Below are positions 36,840-46,329 of a DNA stretch of 64,000 nucleotides, piece by piece. The stretch lies in IMG/VR virus record IMGVR_UViG_3300011116_001007; one strand, given 5' to 3'. The notes below the pieces were generated by a model. That model did not search any database and was not told the DNA's origin. It worked only from the letters and a program-made list of their open reading frames with translations. Position 1 is the first letter of the stretch. Each line of letters begins with the position of its first letter. Position numbers and translations under genes: made by a program. Source of the stretch: a virus (taxonomy: Duplodnaviria; Caudoviricetes).

Positions 36840-36868
36840 ATTATAGCAAAGTACTCATTACTGGTCAA
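36840..36868 (-). promoter_or_regulatory. sigma70-type early promoter
   Basis: TTGACC-17 nt-TATAAT. Confidence 0.85.
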
Positions 36869-36956
36869 CCACTAGATTGTGGCTTTTTTGCAACAAAAAT
36901 CAGCCGTTTTCTGCGACATTTTTCAGCAGTTTTGGCGTTTTTTGTTGTTATGCTGT

Positions 36957-36985
36957 AGTTTAGCATGGTCTGAGTTACTGGTCAA
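36957..36985 (-). promoter_or_regulatory. second tandem sigma70-type promoter
   Basis: TTGACC-17 nt-TAAACT; shares TTGACCAGTAA with the 36840 promoter. Confidence 0.7.
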
Positions 36986-37020
36986 CTGGGCAAATAATAC
37001 CCATACTTACAATAAGGTTA

Positions 37021-37761
37021 TTATTTCCATAATTGTGTAATTGTTGCATCAGATATTTGATGCGGTTTGGGAGATCCGTGAAATATCACCACAGAAGTAT
37101 CAGGTGCAATTTTGACTCCGCTGCCGGGAGATTTGTGTTGTCGACGCTGAAAATTATAACCACCATCCAAGCACTGCCATCTAAAACTTTCAAACATTCG
37201 ATCTTCAAAAAATCTACGCTGATTGATATCAATGACTTTTGTGATATAATCTTGGTCACCTGGATTGGTTTTGGTCACTTGTTTAATGTCACCTTGTGAA
37301 AACTGTTCCCATATCCAAGAAAAATGACTGACATTCCACCACATGACACTGCTGTTGAATCCTGCGTGGTGTGGATTTTGTAGGTATCTAAAATCTCTTA
37401 TGGCCCAAAAATATCGTGTGTCAAGATTCAATATCCACGACAAGTCACGTACTACCACTGTGTCCAGATCCAGGTAGAGCAAATTACCAGAATGATGCTC
37501 AGGATTGAACATCTGCATTTTGTACCACCAGGACTGTTTGGGTCCTGCAATCCCAGGCCATTCGGTCAAGATGTGTTTGATCATGTGAGGCGGTACAGAT
37601 CTATCGTGTTCGGTGTACACATGAAAACGAATGCCACCAGGCAACACTCTGGTCAACATGTTGTACAAGTTTTCTACATAGCGCCAGTCATATCCGGTGC
37701 TGTGAATCACACAGGCACAATCAATCATAGACTCAGGGCGGATGCGATTCTTTTTAGCCAT
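37021..37761 (-). CDS. glycosyltransferase (GT-A, GT8-like)
   Basis: WWYKM, LYLDLD (DxD), NSSVM, GDQDY and FHGSPKP. Confidence 0.8.
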   Translation of the reverse strand: MAKKNRIRPESMIDCACVIHSTGYDWRYVENLYNMLTRVLPGGIRFHVYTEHDRSVPPHMIKHILTEWPGIAGPKQSWWYKMQMFNPEHHSGNLLYLDLDTVVVRDLSWILNLDTRYFWAIRDFRYLQNPHHAGFNSSVMWWNVSHFSWIWEQFSQGDIKQVTKTNPGDQDYITKVIDINQRRFFEDRMFESFRWQCLDGGYNFQRRQHKSPGSGVKIAPDTSVVIFHGSPKPHQISDATITQLWK

Positions 37762-38579
37762 AGGCCCGTTCTCAATTCTTCTACAGTGTATTCGGTATGA
37801 CAAATTTCTATCAACCACTGTTGTCGATCTATATCATATGATTTTTCTATATCGGCCCAGTCTATAGATACTGGCGCTGCCAGGCTGGATTCATGAACCA
37901 CGGGCCTACTGCCAGCAATGGCTGCTTGAATACCTGGTCCTGAGTTGTAATTGACCACAGCATGACATGCATAATTCATATCAAATCCGTCGTAAGTATT
38001 AGGCACTGGTCTTGGTGTTTCCATGTGTATCCCAGCAGGCAACTGCGGCAAATTCAATCTTGATCTAGGATGTGATCGTACCATGATCGGACGGTCACTT
38101 GCAGCTTGAATTTTACTTATGCAATCTAGCACCCAAGATTCTTGACTTGCAAGTTCTTGCACTTGCAAACTGCGACTGTGCTGTGCAGCTATCACAATGT
38201 TTGGATTGGGCTTGTGGTTGGTCAACAATTTAATACCCAGTTTGGCCGGGCGATCCAGATCTAAATTTTGCGTGTGTCCATAGTAGCCTTGTGCAGTCAC
38301 ATGATTGACTGAGACTTTCCAGGTCAATCCACGATGCAATGCACCAACTTCCACAATGATCACCGGACGGTTTGATTGACGATAATGCTCATACACTTGC
38401 TGATTGGCTCGCATGCGCCCATTCCATAGCACAGACCAAATAATTGCAGCGTCTGTGTCCCAGGAGTTTTCCACAGCGGTCAATCCATTGGCATGCAATG
38501 CTGCCAGTATGGCTGACATTACTGGAGGACTGTTCCCCGCTGATTGAGAGGGAAAATAAGATAGGGTTTTTATGCTCAC
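37725..38579 (-). CDS. KpsS/KpsC-like capsule-synthesis (PF05159-type) glycosyltransferase
   Basis: VRSHPR and HAVVNYNSGPGIQAAIAG; GTG start inferred. Confidence 0.65.
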   Translation of the reverse strand: MSIKTLSYFPSQSAGNSPPVMSAILAALHANGLTAVENSWDTDAAIIWSVLWNGRMRANQQVYEHYRQSNRPVIIVEVGALHRGLTWKVSVNHVTAQGYYGHTQNLDLDRPAKLGIKLLTNHKPNPNIVIAAQHSRSLQVQELASQESWVLDCISKIQAASDRPIMVRSHPRSRLNLPQLPAGIHMETPRPVPNTYDGFDMNYACHAVVNYNSGPGIQAAIAGSRPVVHESSLAAPVSIDWADIEKSYDIDRQQWLIEICHTEYTVEELRTGLWLKRIASALSL

Positions 38580-38585
38580 TAAATA
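38580..38585 (+). promoter_or_regulatory. late promoter TAAATA, 4 nt before ATG
   Basis: CTAAATA-TCTG-ATG; drives the plus-strand glycan operon. Confidence 0.7.
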
Positions 38586-38589
38586 TCTG

Positions 38590-39393
38590 ATGAAATACTG
38601 TGTAGTTACCACTTTTAATGCCGCTGGTTACGAAAAATACGGTAAGCGCATGATCCAAACGTTCTTACGCACCTGGCCCAAAGATGTACAACTAGTGGTA
38701 TATGCTGAAAAATGTACAGTTCGAGAACATGCTTCTAATCTGTTGATACACGATCTTGACTCAGCCAGTCCCGAATTGGTAGCATTTAAAAACACCTGGG
38801 GCAATGTTCCCAAAGCCAATGGTGATGTCAGTGCCGATCCTGCTCGGGCCCGACGTAAAGATGCTGGTAAAGGATTCAAATGGGATGCAGTTCGATTTGC
38901 TCACAAAGTGTACAGCATTTTCCACTGTGCAAAAAACACTCCCTGCGATTGGTTGCTGTGGATGGATGCTGACACCATTTGCCATAGTGCTATCACACAG
39001 TCTGACCTTGACAGGCTGTGTTTTAGTTTGGTTGATTTGTGTTTTTTAGGGCGCGCTCGCAAATATACCGAATGTGGATTGTACGCAATGAAATTAGCAA
39101 GTCCTGCTGTTGGCACATTTTTACAAAAATTTCAAGAAATGTATGATCATGCCGAAACTGGAATTTTTACCCTAGAAGAATGGCATGATAGTTTTGTGTT
39201 TGATGCTGTGCGAAAACAATGTAACTTGATTGAATTGGACTGGAGCGGTCATTTGATCTCTGGCGAAGGACATCCGTTGATCAATAGCGATTGGGGTGCA
39301 TATTTAGATCATCTCAAAGGTGACAGAAAAGATCAAGGACGCAGCAGGCGATCAGACTTAAAAGTCAAAAGAACTGAAGCATACTGGCAATGA
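38590..39393 (+). CDS. nucleotide-diphospho-sugar transferase-like glycosyltransferase
   Basis: VVTTF, AVRFAHKV, WLLWMDAD (DxD), WHDS and DHLKG. Confidence 0.75.
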   Translation: MKYCVVTTFNAAGYEKYGKRMIQTFLRTWPKDVQLVVYAEKCTVREHASNLLIHDLDSASPELVAFKNTWGNVPKANGDVSADPARARRKDAGKGFKWDAVRFAHKVYSIFHCAKNTPCDWLLWMDADTICHSAITQSDLDRLCFSLVDLCFLGRARKYTECGLYAMKLASPAVGTFLQKFQEMYDHAETGIFTLEEWHDSFVFDAVRKQCNLIELDWSGHLISGEGHPLINSDWGAYLDHLKGDRKDQGRSRRSDLKVKRTEAYWQ

Positions 39394-40202
39394 ACTGGAT
39401 CTGTCTAAGTAAAAATGGCGAAGATGAGTACATTGATATGTTTGCTCGTGGCGCAGGCATGGAACCTACCCCGCTGGAAACTTGGAACTACGAAGATAGT
39501 ACTGAGCCGCTGGTGTTGCGTGGTATCATGAAACACAAGATAATCAAACGCTGCTGGCAAGACAAGCGATTTTTTTGGTACATGGATTCAGGTTATCTGG
39601 GCAATCGCCCCAGCATCAAAAACCCATACGGATGGAAGCACTGGCATCGCATAGTGCCCAATGACCTACAACATGATCAGATCATACCGCGGCCAGCTGA
39701 TAGATTGCAACGATTGGAACTGTACATGCGACCATATCATCAACACAGTCGCAACATATTGATTGTGGCACCTGACCACAAACCTTGTGCGTTTTACGGG
39801 TTTGAATTGGATGACTGGTTGACCAACGTCAAGAATGAACTGCAAATGTACACTGACCGACCAGTAAAGATTCGAGAGCGGCCGGCCAGCAGAATGGATC
39901 GCAAAACTCAACGTGCAGAAGATTGGTTGGCCGACGTGCATGCTGTGGTCACATTCAACAGCACAGCGGCCACAGAAGCTATCTTAGCAGGCGTGCCAGT
40001 GTTTACCACAGCACCTTGCAATGCTGCCAACCCAATGAGCAATCACGATCTTTCCAAAATTGAAGAGCCGTGGTTTCCTACAGATGATCAACGCCATGCT
40101 TGGCTTTGCCATCTTGCATATGGGCAATTCCATATAGATGAATTTAAAAATGGTATGGCATATCGCATACTGAAACAAACACAGGAGATGCTACATGTAT
40201 GA
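39390..40202 (+). CDS. KpsS/KpsC-like capsule-synthesis glycosyltransferase
   Basis: MDSGY, IRERP and HAVVTFNSTAATEAILAGVPV. Confidence 0.7.
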   Translation: MNWICLSKNGEDEYIDMFARGAGMEPTPLETWNYEDSTEPLVLRGIMKHKIIKRCWQDKRFFWYMDSGYLGNRPSIKNPYGWKHWHRIVPNDLQHDQIIPRPADRLQRLELYMRPYHQHSRNILIVAPDHKPCAFYGFELDDWLTNVKNELQMYTDRPVKIRERPASRMDRKTQRAEDWLADVHAVVTFNSTAATEAILAGVPVFTTAPCNAANPMSNHDLSKIEEPWFPTDDQRHAWLCHLAYGQFHIDEFKNGMAYRILKQTQEMLHV

Positions 40203-40845
40203 AGAATTAGGATGGTGGTTCCCGGACGCCGAAGATCATTTTCCCAAGATGCTGAAAAAGAATATCAGCAAAGGTGGACCAGCAGAATATCAGCAACCAG
40301 TGCGTTTACGCAGCTTGACACATGTTAAAAAATTCAATGTGGCCTTAGATGTGGGTGCCAATGTGGGATTGTGGAGCAGAGATCTTGTTAAGAAATTTGA
40401 CAAAGTTATTGCATTTGAACCAGTGGGAATATTTAGAGAATGTCTAGAAAAAAACGTAAACGGGCCTAACTTTTTTATCAGCCCCATGGCTCTGGGCGAT
40501 CAAGATACCAAAGCACAAATGACCATAACTGAAGGCAATACTGGGCATACACACATAGATCCAACCAGCATTGGCTCAGGTGATACCACAGTGGTCAAAC
40601 TAGACAATCTAGGCATAGACAATGTTGATTATATCAAAATGGATTGCGAAGGTTTTGAATATCGTGTGATACAAGGTGCTGAACAAACCATCAAGCGATG
40701 CCGTCCAGTGATTGTGGTAGAACAAAAACCGCACGACATGTACAGCAAAGACTATGGACAATTTGCAGCTATTGAATTGCTGGAATCGTTTGGTATGACC
40801 AAATTGGATCAAGTCAAAGACGACTGGATCATGGGATGGAAATAG
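40195..40845 (+). CDS. FkbM-family methyltransferase
   Basis: ALDVGANVG, AFEP, LDNL, IKMDCEGFEYRVIQGA and PVIVVE. Confidence 0.92.
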   Translation: MYEELGWWFPDAEDHFPKMLKKNISKGGPAEYQQPVRLRSLTHVKKFNVALDVGANVGLWSRDLVKKFDKVIAFEPVGIFRECLEKNVNGPNFFISPMALGDQDTKAQMTITEGNTGHTHIDPTSIGSGDTTVVKLDNLGIDNVDYIKMDCEGFEYRVIQGAEQTIKRCRPVIVVEQKPHDMYSKDYGQFAAIELLESFGMTKLDQVKDDWIMGWK

Positions 40846-41462
40846 AAAATCCTGACAAAGGTGCTGCGGATTCTGCAGCCTGGGATCGCAAATGGTCTCA
40901 TGATCGCTATGTGACCAAACGCCGTGCTAGTTTTGAAATCGTTGATGCATACTTGAATCAACCTGTTGGTAGATTGTTGGACATAGGCTGCGGATTTGCA
41001 TATGACAGCAGATGGTTCAATCAAAAGTACGGCACAGAACTTTGGCTATTAGATGGAGATGCCAGTACCAACGCTACCAAGCCAGAGTCGGCCAGCTATG
41101 GCAACTGGAACACCACCAGCAGTGAATTAAAGTTCTATCACACTTTTGAGTTCTTGGATGCAAAACTAAAAGATCTAGGCACAAAGAATTATCGCCTGGT
41201 TGATGCCAACAATATTTCTATACCCAATGACGTAAAGTTTGATGTCATAACCAGTTGGCTCAGCTGCGGACATCATTATCCAGTAAATACTTACAAGGAG
41301 TTGATGCGAAAACATTCACATGCCAACACTAGGATTGTGTTGGACATACGATGCAAAGGCTCTGAAACCAATTTTGTCGGCGTGGATGGATTTGAAATTG
41401 TCAATGTGATATCCAACGCGGGTGGCAAGAAAAGAGCAACTGTGGAGATAAGATTGTTATGA
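40836..41462 (+). CDS. class I SAM-dependent methyltransferase
   Basis: LLDIGCG, LLDG and FDVITSWLS. Confidence 0.8.
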   Translation: MEIENPDKGAADSAAWDRKWSHDRYVTKRRASFEIVDAYLNQPVGRLLDIGCGFAYDSRWFNQKYGTELWLLDGDASTNATKPESASYGNWNTTSSELKFYHTFEFLDAKLKDLGTKNYRLVDANNISIPNDVKFDVITSWLSCGHHYPVNTYKELMRKHSHANTRIVLDIRCKGSETNFVGVDGFEIVNVISNAGGKKRATVEIRLL

Positions 41463-42130
41463 GTCCATACTACGAAGAATCTGTCAGACTAGGTACTGAG
41501 TTCCAACGGAACAACAAGAACTGGGCTGGATACGATGTGGTCAAATATCAAAAAAAAATTAAGCACTTGGTAGATCGTTACAAAGCCAAAACTATATTGG
41601 ATTACGGTTGCGGCAAAGGACTACAATATCAGGAAAAATTACCATATGGCCAACTGCCCGGTGATCCAATTCCGTTGGACCAATGGAAAACATTTGACGA
41701 ATATCTTGGCGTTACAGTATATCCCTATGATCCATGTGTACCTGAACACAATCAATTGCCTGATCCCAAAATCAAATTTGATGGTGTAATCTGCACACAA
41801 GTGCTCAACAGCATACCCGACGATGACATGCCATGGGTGCGGGATCTATTGCAACAGCATTCAGCTAAATTTTGTTTCATCGGAATAAACTTTCAACGTG
41901 AGGCCAAAAGCAAAAAAACCATGTATGATCCCGAGTATTTCCGCTTGCCGCGCACAAGAGAATTCTTCCGCAGCTACTACAACAACTGGTCCGGCAGTGA
42001 TTTGTTCTGGTGGTGGAAGGATCGCCCTTACTATGCAGAATGGGCAGATGATCAATTGTCGGGACAATGGCAAGACGTTCCTTCAGAGTTTGAAGGCAAA
42101 TATAAGTATATAGAGGTCAATCACAGATGA
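41459..42130 (+). CDS. class I SAM-dependent methyltransferase
   Basis: ILDYGCGKG, YDP and FDGVICTQVL. Confidence 0.8.
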   Translation: MSPYYEESVRLGTEFQRNNKNWAGYDVVKYQKKIKHLVDRYKAKTILDYGCGKGLQYQEKLPYGQLPGDPIPLDQWKTFDEYLGVTVYPYDPCVPEHNQLPDPKIKFDGVICTQVLNSIPDDDMPWVRDLLQQHSAKFCFIGINFQREAKSKKTMYDPEYFRLPRTREFFRSYYNNWSGSDLFWWWKDRPYYAEWADDQLSGQWQDVPSEFEGKYKYIEVNHR

Positions 42131-42687
42131 TAATCAATCAAGACTACAAAGATCAATTAGCTACCATGCATGGTCAAGGCAGATTCAGAAGAGGTAGCAA
42201 AATACTATCCACCATAACTCCGTTCCTTAAACAATATCAACCCACAAGCGTATTGGATTTTGGATGTGGGCATGGAGAACTAATTCGGAGTATTGCCGAG
42301 GCATACCCGGGTACAACAGTGGATGGATATGATCCAGGATCAGCTACACACAGTGAAATACCAGCAGAGTCATTTGATGCTGTGGTCAGCGCGGATGTAT
42401 TTGAGCATATCGAGCCCGAGCATCTGGATCAAACATTGCAGTTGATTGGTCAAAAGATGCAGCGTGTGGGCTGGTTCCGTATTGCATGTTACCCAGCCAA
42501 AAAGGTGTTATTAGATGGGCGCAATGCTCATCTCATAGTGGAACAACCTGCGTGGTGGCGAGAAAAGCTGTTGAAAAACATGTCCATTGAAATTGTGCAT
42601 GAAGATATCAGCGTGTTTGACAAAAGTTACAAATGGCCACATGTCAAAGGTTGCAACTACGACGTAACTGTGCTGCGAGTCAAATAA
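42127..42687 (+). CDS. class I SAM-dependent methyltransferase
   Basis: VLDFGCGHG, GYDPG and FDAVVSADVFEHI. Confidence 0.88.
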   Translation: MIINQDYKDQLATMHGQGRFRRGSKILSTITPFLKQYQPTSVLDFGCGHGELIRSIAEAYPGTTVDGYDPGSATHSEIPAESFDAVVSADVFEHIEPEHLDQTLQLIGQKMQRVGWFRIACYPAKKVLLDGRNAHLIVEQPAWWREKLLKNMSIEIVHEDISVFDKSYKWPHVKGCNYDVTVLRVK

Positions 42688-43604
42688 GGCAAGAACTTTT
42701 GATAGATGCGGCCTTTTCTAGCATCTTCATCGCTCCAGTGTGCCGCTGCCAGATCATAGATCCATTGTTGCCGATCAAACTGTTCAGGTGATTCAATCTT
42801 GGCCATGTCCTTGTTGGCCACTGCCCAACTCACACAGCTGATATCATCCACAAAAATAGGTATTCCAGCACAGGCCGCTGCCACACTGGCACTGCTGTTG
42901 AAAAATACCGCAGCATGTGCTCTCAGAAGATTGTCAGTAAGTTTGGCAGCCAATGGCTCTAGCACCTGCACACCCAAACGAGTTTGATAGTGTTTGGTTC
43001 TAAACTGTAAAAAATCTGTAGGTTTGTAAGCACCCGGATGCGGGCGTACCAAGATAGTACGGTCTGTGTATTTTCTTATTTCATCAATTTTTTGTTGTAG
43101 CCACACCAATGGATCTAGGGCTTTCATAGCAAACCCTCCATCACGTTGCATACAGATCAATATGTGGCCGCCAGGATTGTTTTGTAGAGGTGCTAGTGAG
43201 ATTCTCAGTGCTTGACTGATCTCTTGCCATTTAGTGCTGTCGCTGTTGTGATTGGCGTATTCGGCTCGATCATAGAACGGCCCATCCAAACTGTAACGCA
43301 AGTAACTGCTGGCATTGTCTAGATATTTCCAACAACTGGCATCAATGCACATGGTATGATTGTTCTGACGTCGTTGTTGAGCTATGATTTCTTTACGTAG
43401 TGCTATGTTGGCACCACCAGTGTTGGTAGTGGCCCAGCCCAACATCACTGCCAGGCGACTGGGGGTGTACCTGTGAGCAGTTTCTAATAGAACTGTATGC
43501 CCGCTGTTGGTCACACCAGCTGCAAAGCTCTCAAGACATTGTGTTTTTCTTGTGTGCTTTTGAAAGTTGGCCACACTGGAAACGTAAACTACTACATCAA
43601 CCAT
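42657..43604 (-). CDS. KpsS/KpsC-like capsule-synthesis glycosyltransferase
   Basis: ILICMQ, VRPHP and HAAVFFNSSASVAAACAGIPIF. Confidence 0.7.
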   Translation of the reverse strand: MVDVVVYVSSVANFQKHTRKTQCLESFAAGVTNSGHTVLLETAHRYTPSRLAVMLGWATTNTGGANIALRKEIIAQQRRQNNHTMCIDASCWKYLDNASSYLRYSLDGPFYDRAEYANHNSDSTKWQEISQALRISLAPLQNNPGGHILICMQRDGGFAMKALDPLVWLQQKIDEIRKYTDRTILVRPHPGAYKPTDFLQFRTKHYQTRLGVQVLEPLAAKLTDNLLRAHAAVFFNSSASVAAACAGIPIFVDDISCVSWAVANKDMAKIESPEQFDRQQWIYDLAAAHWSDEDARKGRIYQKFLPYLTRSTVTS

Positions 43605-44568
43605 CGTTGAGTATTCTCCAAGCAGTACCGTCACGCATTTCCGCTTCAGTAAACTGACAGTAGGCCAGGTGTCTTGCCCAAGCAGAGATCTCGTCGAGAC
43701 TGGGACGTTTGATTGTTTCTATTTCAGCAATACTGGTACTGCAAACTGCTGCTGCTGCATTAGGTCCTAGTGTGATTGCAGGTTTGCCAAACAAGATGGC
43801 TTCGCCTGCTGCAATACTGCTGTAGGTGATCAGGCAGTACACGTCTTGACTCAAGGCCATCTCTATGGTATCATCGTTTATACGAGTGCTACGTCCTTGC
43901 TTGCGACGAATAACCACTTCGCGATCAGTATGAGCACTAATTTCTGCTAGTGTTTGATTGAGCCAAGTTTCCAAATCAATATCATACAAATTTAATAGTT
44001 TTTGGCTAGGCGGCGCCAGTAGTATTTTACTGCCTTCGGCACGTACTTTTTTCAAACTGATACCAGTTCGATCCAGTCGGTCTGACGGTCGTTCTCTCAC
44101 AGGGCCAAAGTTCTGCACATCGTTGCGTGTGATGCGATGATAGTTTTTCTTTTTTCCGTTGCCAAAATAACCAGTGTCGATGTAATAAAAATCTCTGCCA
44201 TTGGCACGGCAAGTGTCCATTTGTTTGCGTTTGGTTATTCCGCGCAGCACTACAGGTGTCTGTGTATTTTCTTCTTTTGCCCAGGTGCTGATTTGGCCGC
44301 CAGCGCCCTGAACAAAACTTTGTAATGTGGGATCATACATATGACCTTTCCTTTCATATCTGTACTCGCTGTCCAACGCCACTATGCGATCAACTGGCAA
44401 TTCTGCAATTTGCTGCATGAGACTTTGCTGTGTTACTCCGTAATACAATCCTGCAGGATCCACACGATATTTCAATATGTCATCAAACAGTTTTCTTATT
44501 TCTGGAACAACCATGTCTAATGCATGGGCGTCTGGCAGCGGCAGTGATTCCAATTCTTCTTGATCCAT
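43597..44568 (-). CDS. KpsS/KpsC-like capsule-synthesis glycosyltransferase
   Basis: IDTGY, IRRKQ and CLITYSSIAAGEAILFGKPAI. Confidence 0.7.
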   Translation of the reverse strand: MDQEELESLPLPDAHALDMVVPEIRKLFDDILKYRVDPAGLYYGVTQQSLMQQIAELPVDRIVALDSEYRYERKGHMYDPTLQSFVQGAGGQISTWAKEENTQTPVVLRGITKRKQMDTCRANGRDFYYIDTGYFGNGKKKNYHRITRNDVQNFGPVRERPSDRLDRTGISLKKVRAEGSKILLAPPSQKLLNLYDIDLETWLNQTLAEISAHTDREVVIRRKQGRSTRINDDTIEMALSQDVYCLITYSSIAAGEAILFGKPAITLGPNAAAAVCSTSIAEIETIKRPSLDEISAWARHLAYCQFTEAEMRDGTAWRILNDG

Positions 44569-45254
44569 TATTGATCTGTCCTTTGCTGGCAATGTTCTGT
44601 GAGGGCACGTTCTGCATGCCAGTGTTCATTCATCGGAGTATGTTTGAATTCATCAAAGCATGGTGTGCCCAGTGTGTAATGCAACAGTTTGGCATTGGGA
44701 TTGGCACCGTATTCGTCTGGCAACCAGTTCCATTCGGGAGGCAGCTCTCCCAGTCGGCTGTCCTCTATCCAAGAGAATCGATGCAAGAAAGCACCTGTTG
44801 ATTTTTGTACAAATTCAGGATTCAGCTGTCTGTTGCGTATGGCATTGCAATTCCATAATATCACACTAGACCAGTTTTTGCGTGGATAATCTTCGTTTGG
44901 GCTGCCTAGATATTTTTCTTTCATTCGCGTCTTGTAGTCGTGTTTGACTACCATGGCATCTTTGGTGTACTGTCTGAGATCCCAGAGTTCAGCAATATCC
45001 CCACGCACAATCATGTCGCCATCAATGAAGATTGCCCAGCCTTGATATTCCATCAAATACGGTACTAGAAATCTTGTGTAGATAAAATGGTTTGACCCGT
45101 CGGTGTGTGTTTCAGCATAGTCTCGGAACAAATTCAGCGCCACCGGTACAATGGCCACTGGGCGACTGCTGTTGCGTATGATTGAATTCACACAGGTATG
45201 ATAAGCTATGGCTTCTCTAGGATCGTATCCTACAAAAATAGGAATTGGTTTCAT
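44568..45254 (-). CDS. glycosyltransferase (GT-A, GT8-like)
   Basis: IFVGYD, YTRFLVP, FIDGDM, KNWSS, EWN and LHYTLGTP. Confidence 0.82.
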   Translation of the reverse strand: MKPIPIFVGYDPREAIAYHTCVNSIIRNSSRPVAIVPVALNLFRDYAETHTDGSNHFIYTRFLVPYLMEYQGWAIFIDGDMIVRGDIAELWDLRQYTKDAMVVKHDYKTRMKEKYLGSPNEDYPRKNWSSVILWNCNAIRNRQLNPEFVQKSTGAFLHRFSWIEDSRLGELPPEWNWLPDEYGANPNAKLLHYTLGTPCFDEFKHTPMNEHWHAERALTEHCQQRTDQ

Positions 45255-45589
45255 AATCTTGTGATGTCCTCTTCTACACAATTGTCTCCGTACTGTATTT
45301 CGATCAATCGCAGTGGTTGGTCAGTCTCATTGCACAGTTGGTGCCATTCGTTTAGACCAATCCAGCTGTGTTGATGTTTTGTCAATTGATCTTTGATGTC
45401 TCGATCAGTGCTGGAATCCAGTGTGTATACTGTGGCTTCGCCCTCGGCCACAAACCAAAATTCTGCTCGTTGGGCATGACGTTGCATGCTCAAACATGTT
45501 TTGGGCATGACTGTGAGTTCTTTGACTTTGGTGTGTGTGCCCACTTCGTGCAGCACATGATAATATCCCCAGGTTCTTTCAGTTTTCAT
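45251..45589 (-). CDS. cupin, mannose-6-phosphate isomerase type II C-terminal-like
   Basis: RTWGYY, LSMQRH..RAEFW.V..G, WHQL and IEIQYG...EEDI.R. Confidence 0.85.
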   Translation of the reverse strand: MKTERTWGYYHVLHEVGTHTKVKELTVMPKTCLSMQRHAQRAEFWFVAEGEATVYTLDSSTDRDIKDQLTKHQHSWIGLNEWHQLCNETDQPLRLIEIQYGDNCVEEDITRL

Positions 45590-45594
45590 GAAGA

Positions 45595-45602
45595 TATTTA
45601 TA
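45595..45602 (-). promoter_or_regulatory. late promoter TATAAATA
   Basis: Exact T4 late consensus, 5 nt before the cupin ATG. Confidence 0.8.
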
Positions 45603-45610
45603 GGCGTAGA

Positions 45611-46063
45611 TTACACCTGGATATCTTCCATGCCTGCAGTTCTTAGACGGACCACATGCCCCATCTGCCATTGCTTGGTATCTAGGCCTTTCATGATGCC
45701 CAGCCAGCGATTGCGTAGGTATGCCACTTCATTGATGATGGTTTCGTAATCAATCACTTCATCTTCGCCTTCCACATACTTTTCTGCATCTCTACTGGTC
45801 AAGGCACGGGCATAGCCTTCTAGATACTTTTGAAAATGCTTCCTGCGTATTTTACGTAGTTGTATGTTGAGATAGTTCAACACAGCTTCAATTTCTTGCA
45901 GCTGGTTGAACCGTTGTTCGGTAATGCCCGGCAGCGCAGTGATGTTTTTTTCTACTACTCCGCCAATCTTGCAGTCTTTCTTGGCATCCTCAAGCTCACG
46001 CTCGTAGTGACTGATAAAGTCTGGAATAGCAGTCAAGCTGGCTGTTACGCGACTGTACCACAT
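45611..46063 (-). CDS. uvsY: recombination mediator UvsY
   Basis: FQKYLEGY...SRDAEKYVEGE...KGLDTKQWQM; downstream of uvsX. Confidence 0.8.
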   Translation of the reverse strand: MWYSRVTASLTAIPDFISHYERELEDAKKDCKIGGVVEKNITALPGITEQRFNQLQEIEAVLNYLNIQLRKIRRKHFQKYLEGYARALTSRDAEKYVEGEDEVIDYETIINEVAYLRNRWLGIMKGLDTKQWQMGHVVRLRTAGMEDIQV

Positions 46064-46329
46064 TAATTTTCCCAGTCGTCTTCGTGATAATCCTCTTCTT
46101 CTTCAACTTCGTCCTCTTCTGCATAATCCTTGTCGTCGTCAAGGTAAACTGTGAGAGCACGTTTGATATCGGGTTCACCTTTGAAAGTGTCTTTGATATC
46201 ATCAACATCACAGTCGTTGTCAATCAAGATGGCCACCACTGTTTCGGCTGCTTCATCTCGATCCACTGTGTTTACGTAACGTTTGAGTTCGCTCCAGATC
46301 TCACTGGCCACTGCTACTGCTTCATTCAT
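46063..46329 (-). CDS. small acidic hypothetical protein
   Basis: 88 aa with a D/E-rich C-terminus, between uvsX and uvsY. Confidence 0.75.
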   Translation of the reverse strand: MNEAVAVASEIWSELKRYVNTVDRDEAAETVVAILIDNDCDVDDIKDTFKGEPDIKRALTVYLDDDKDYAEEDEVEEEEDYHEDDWEN

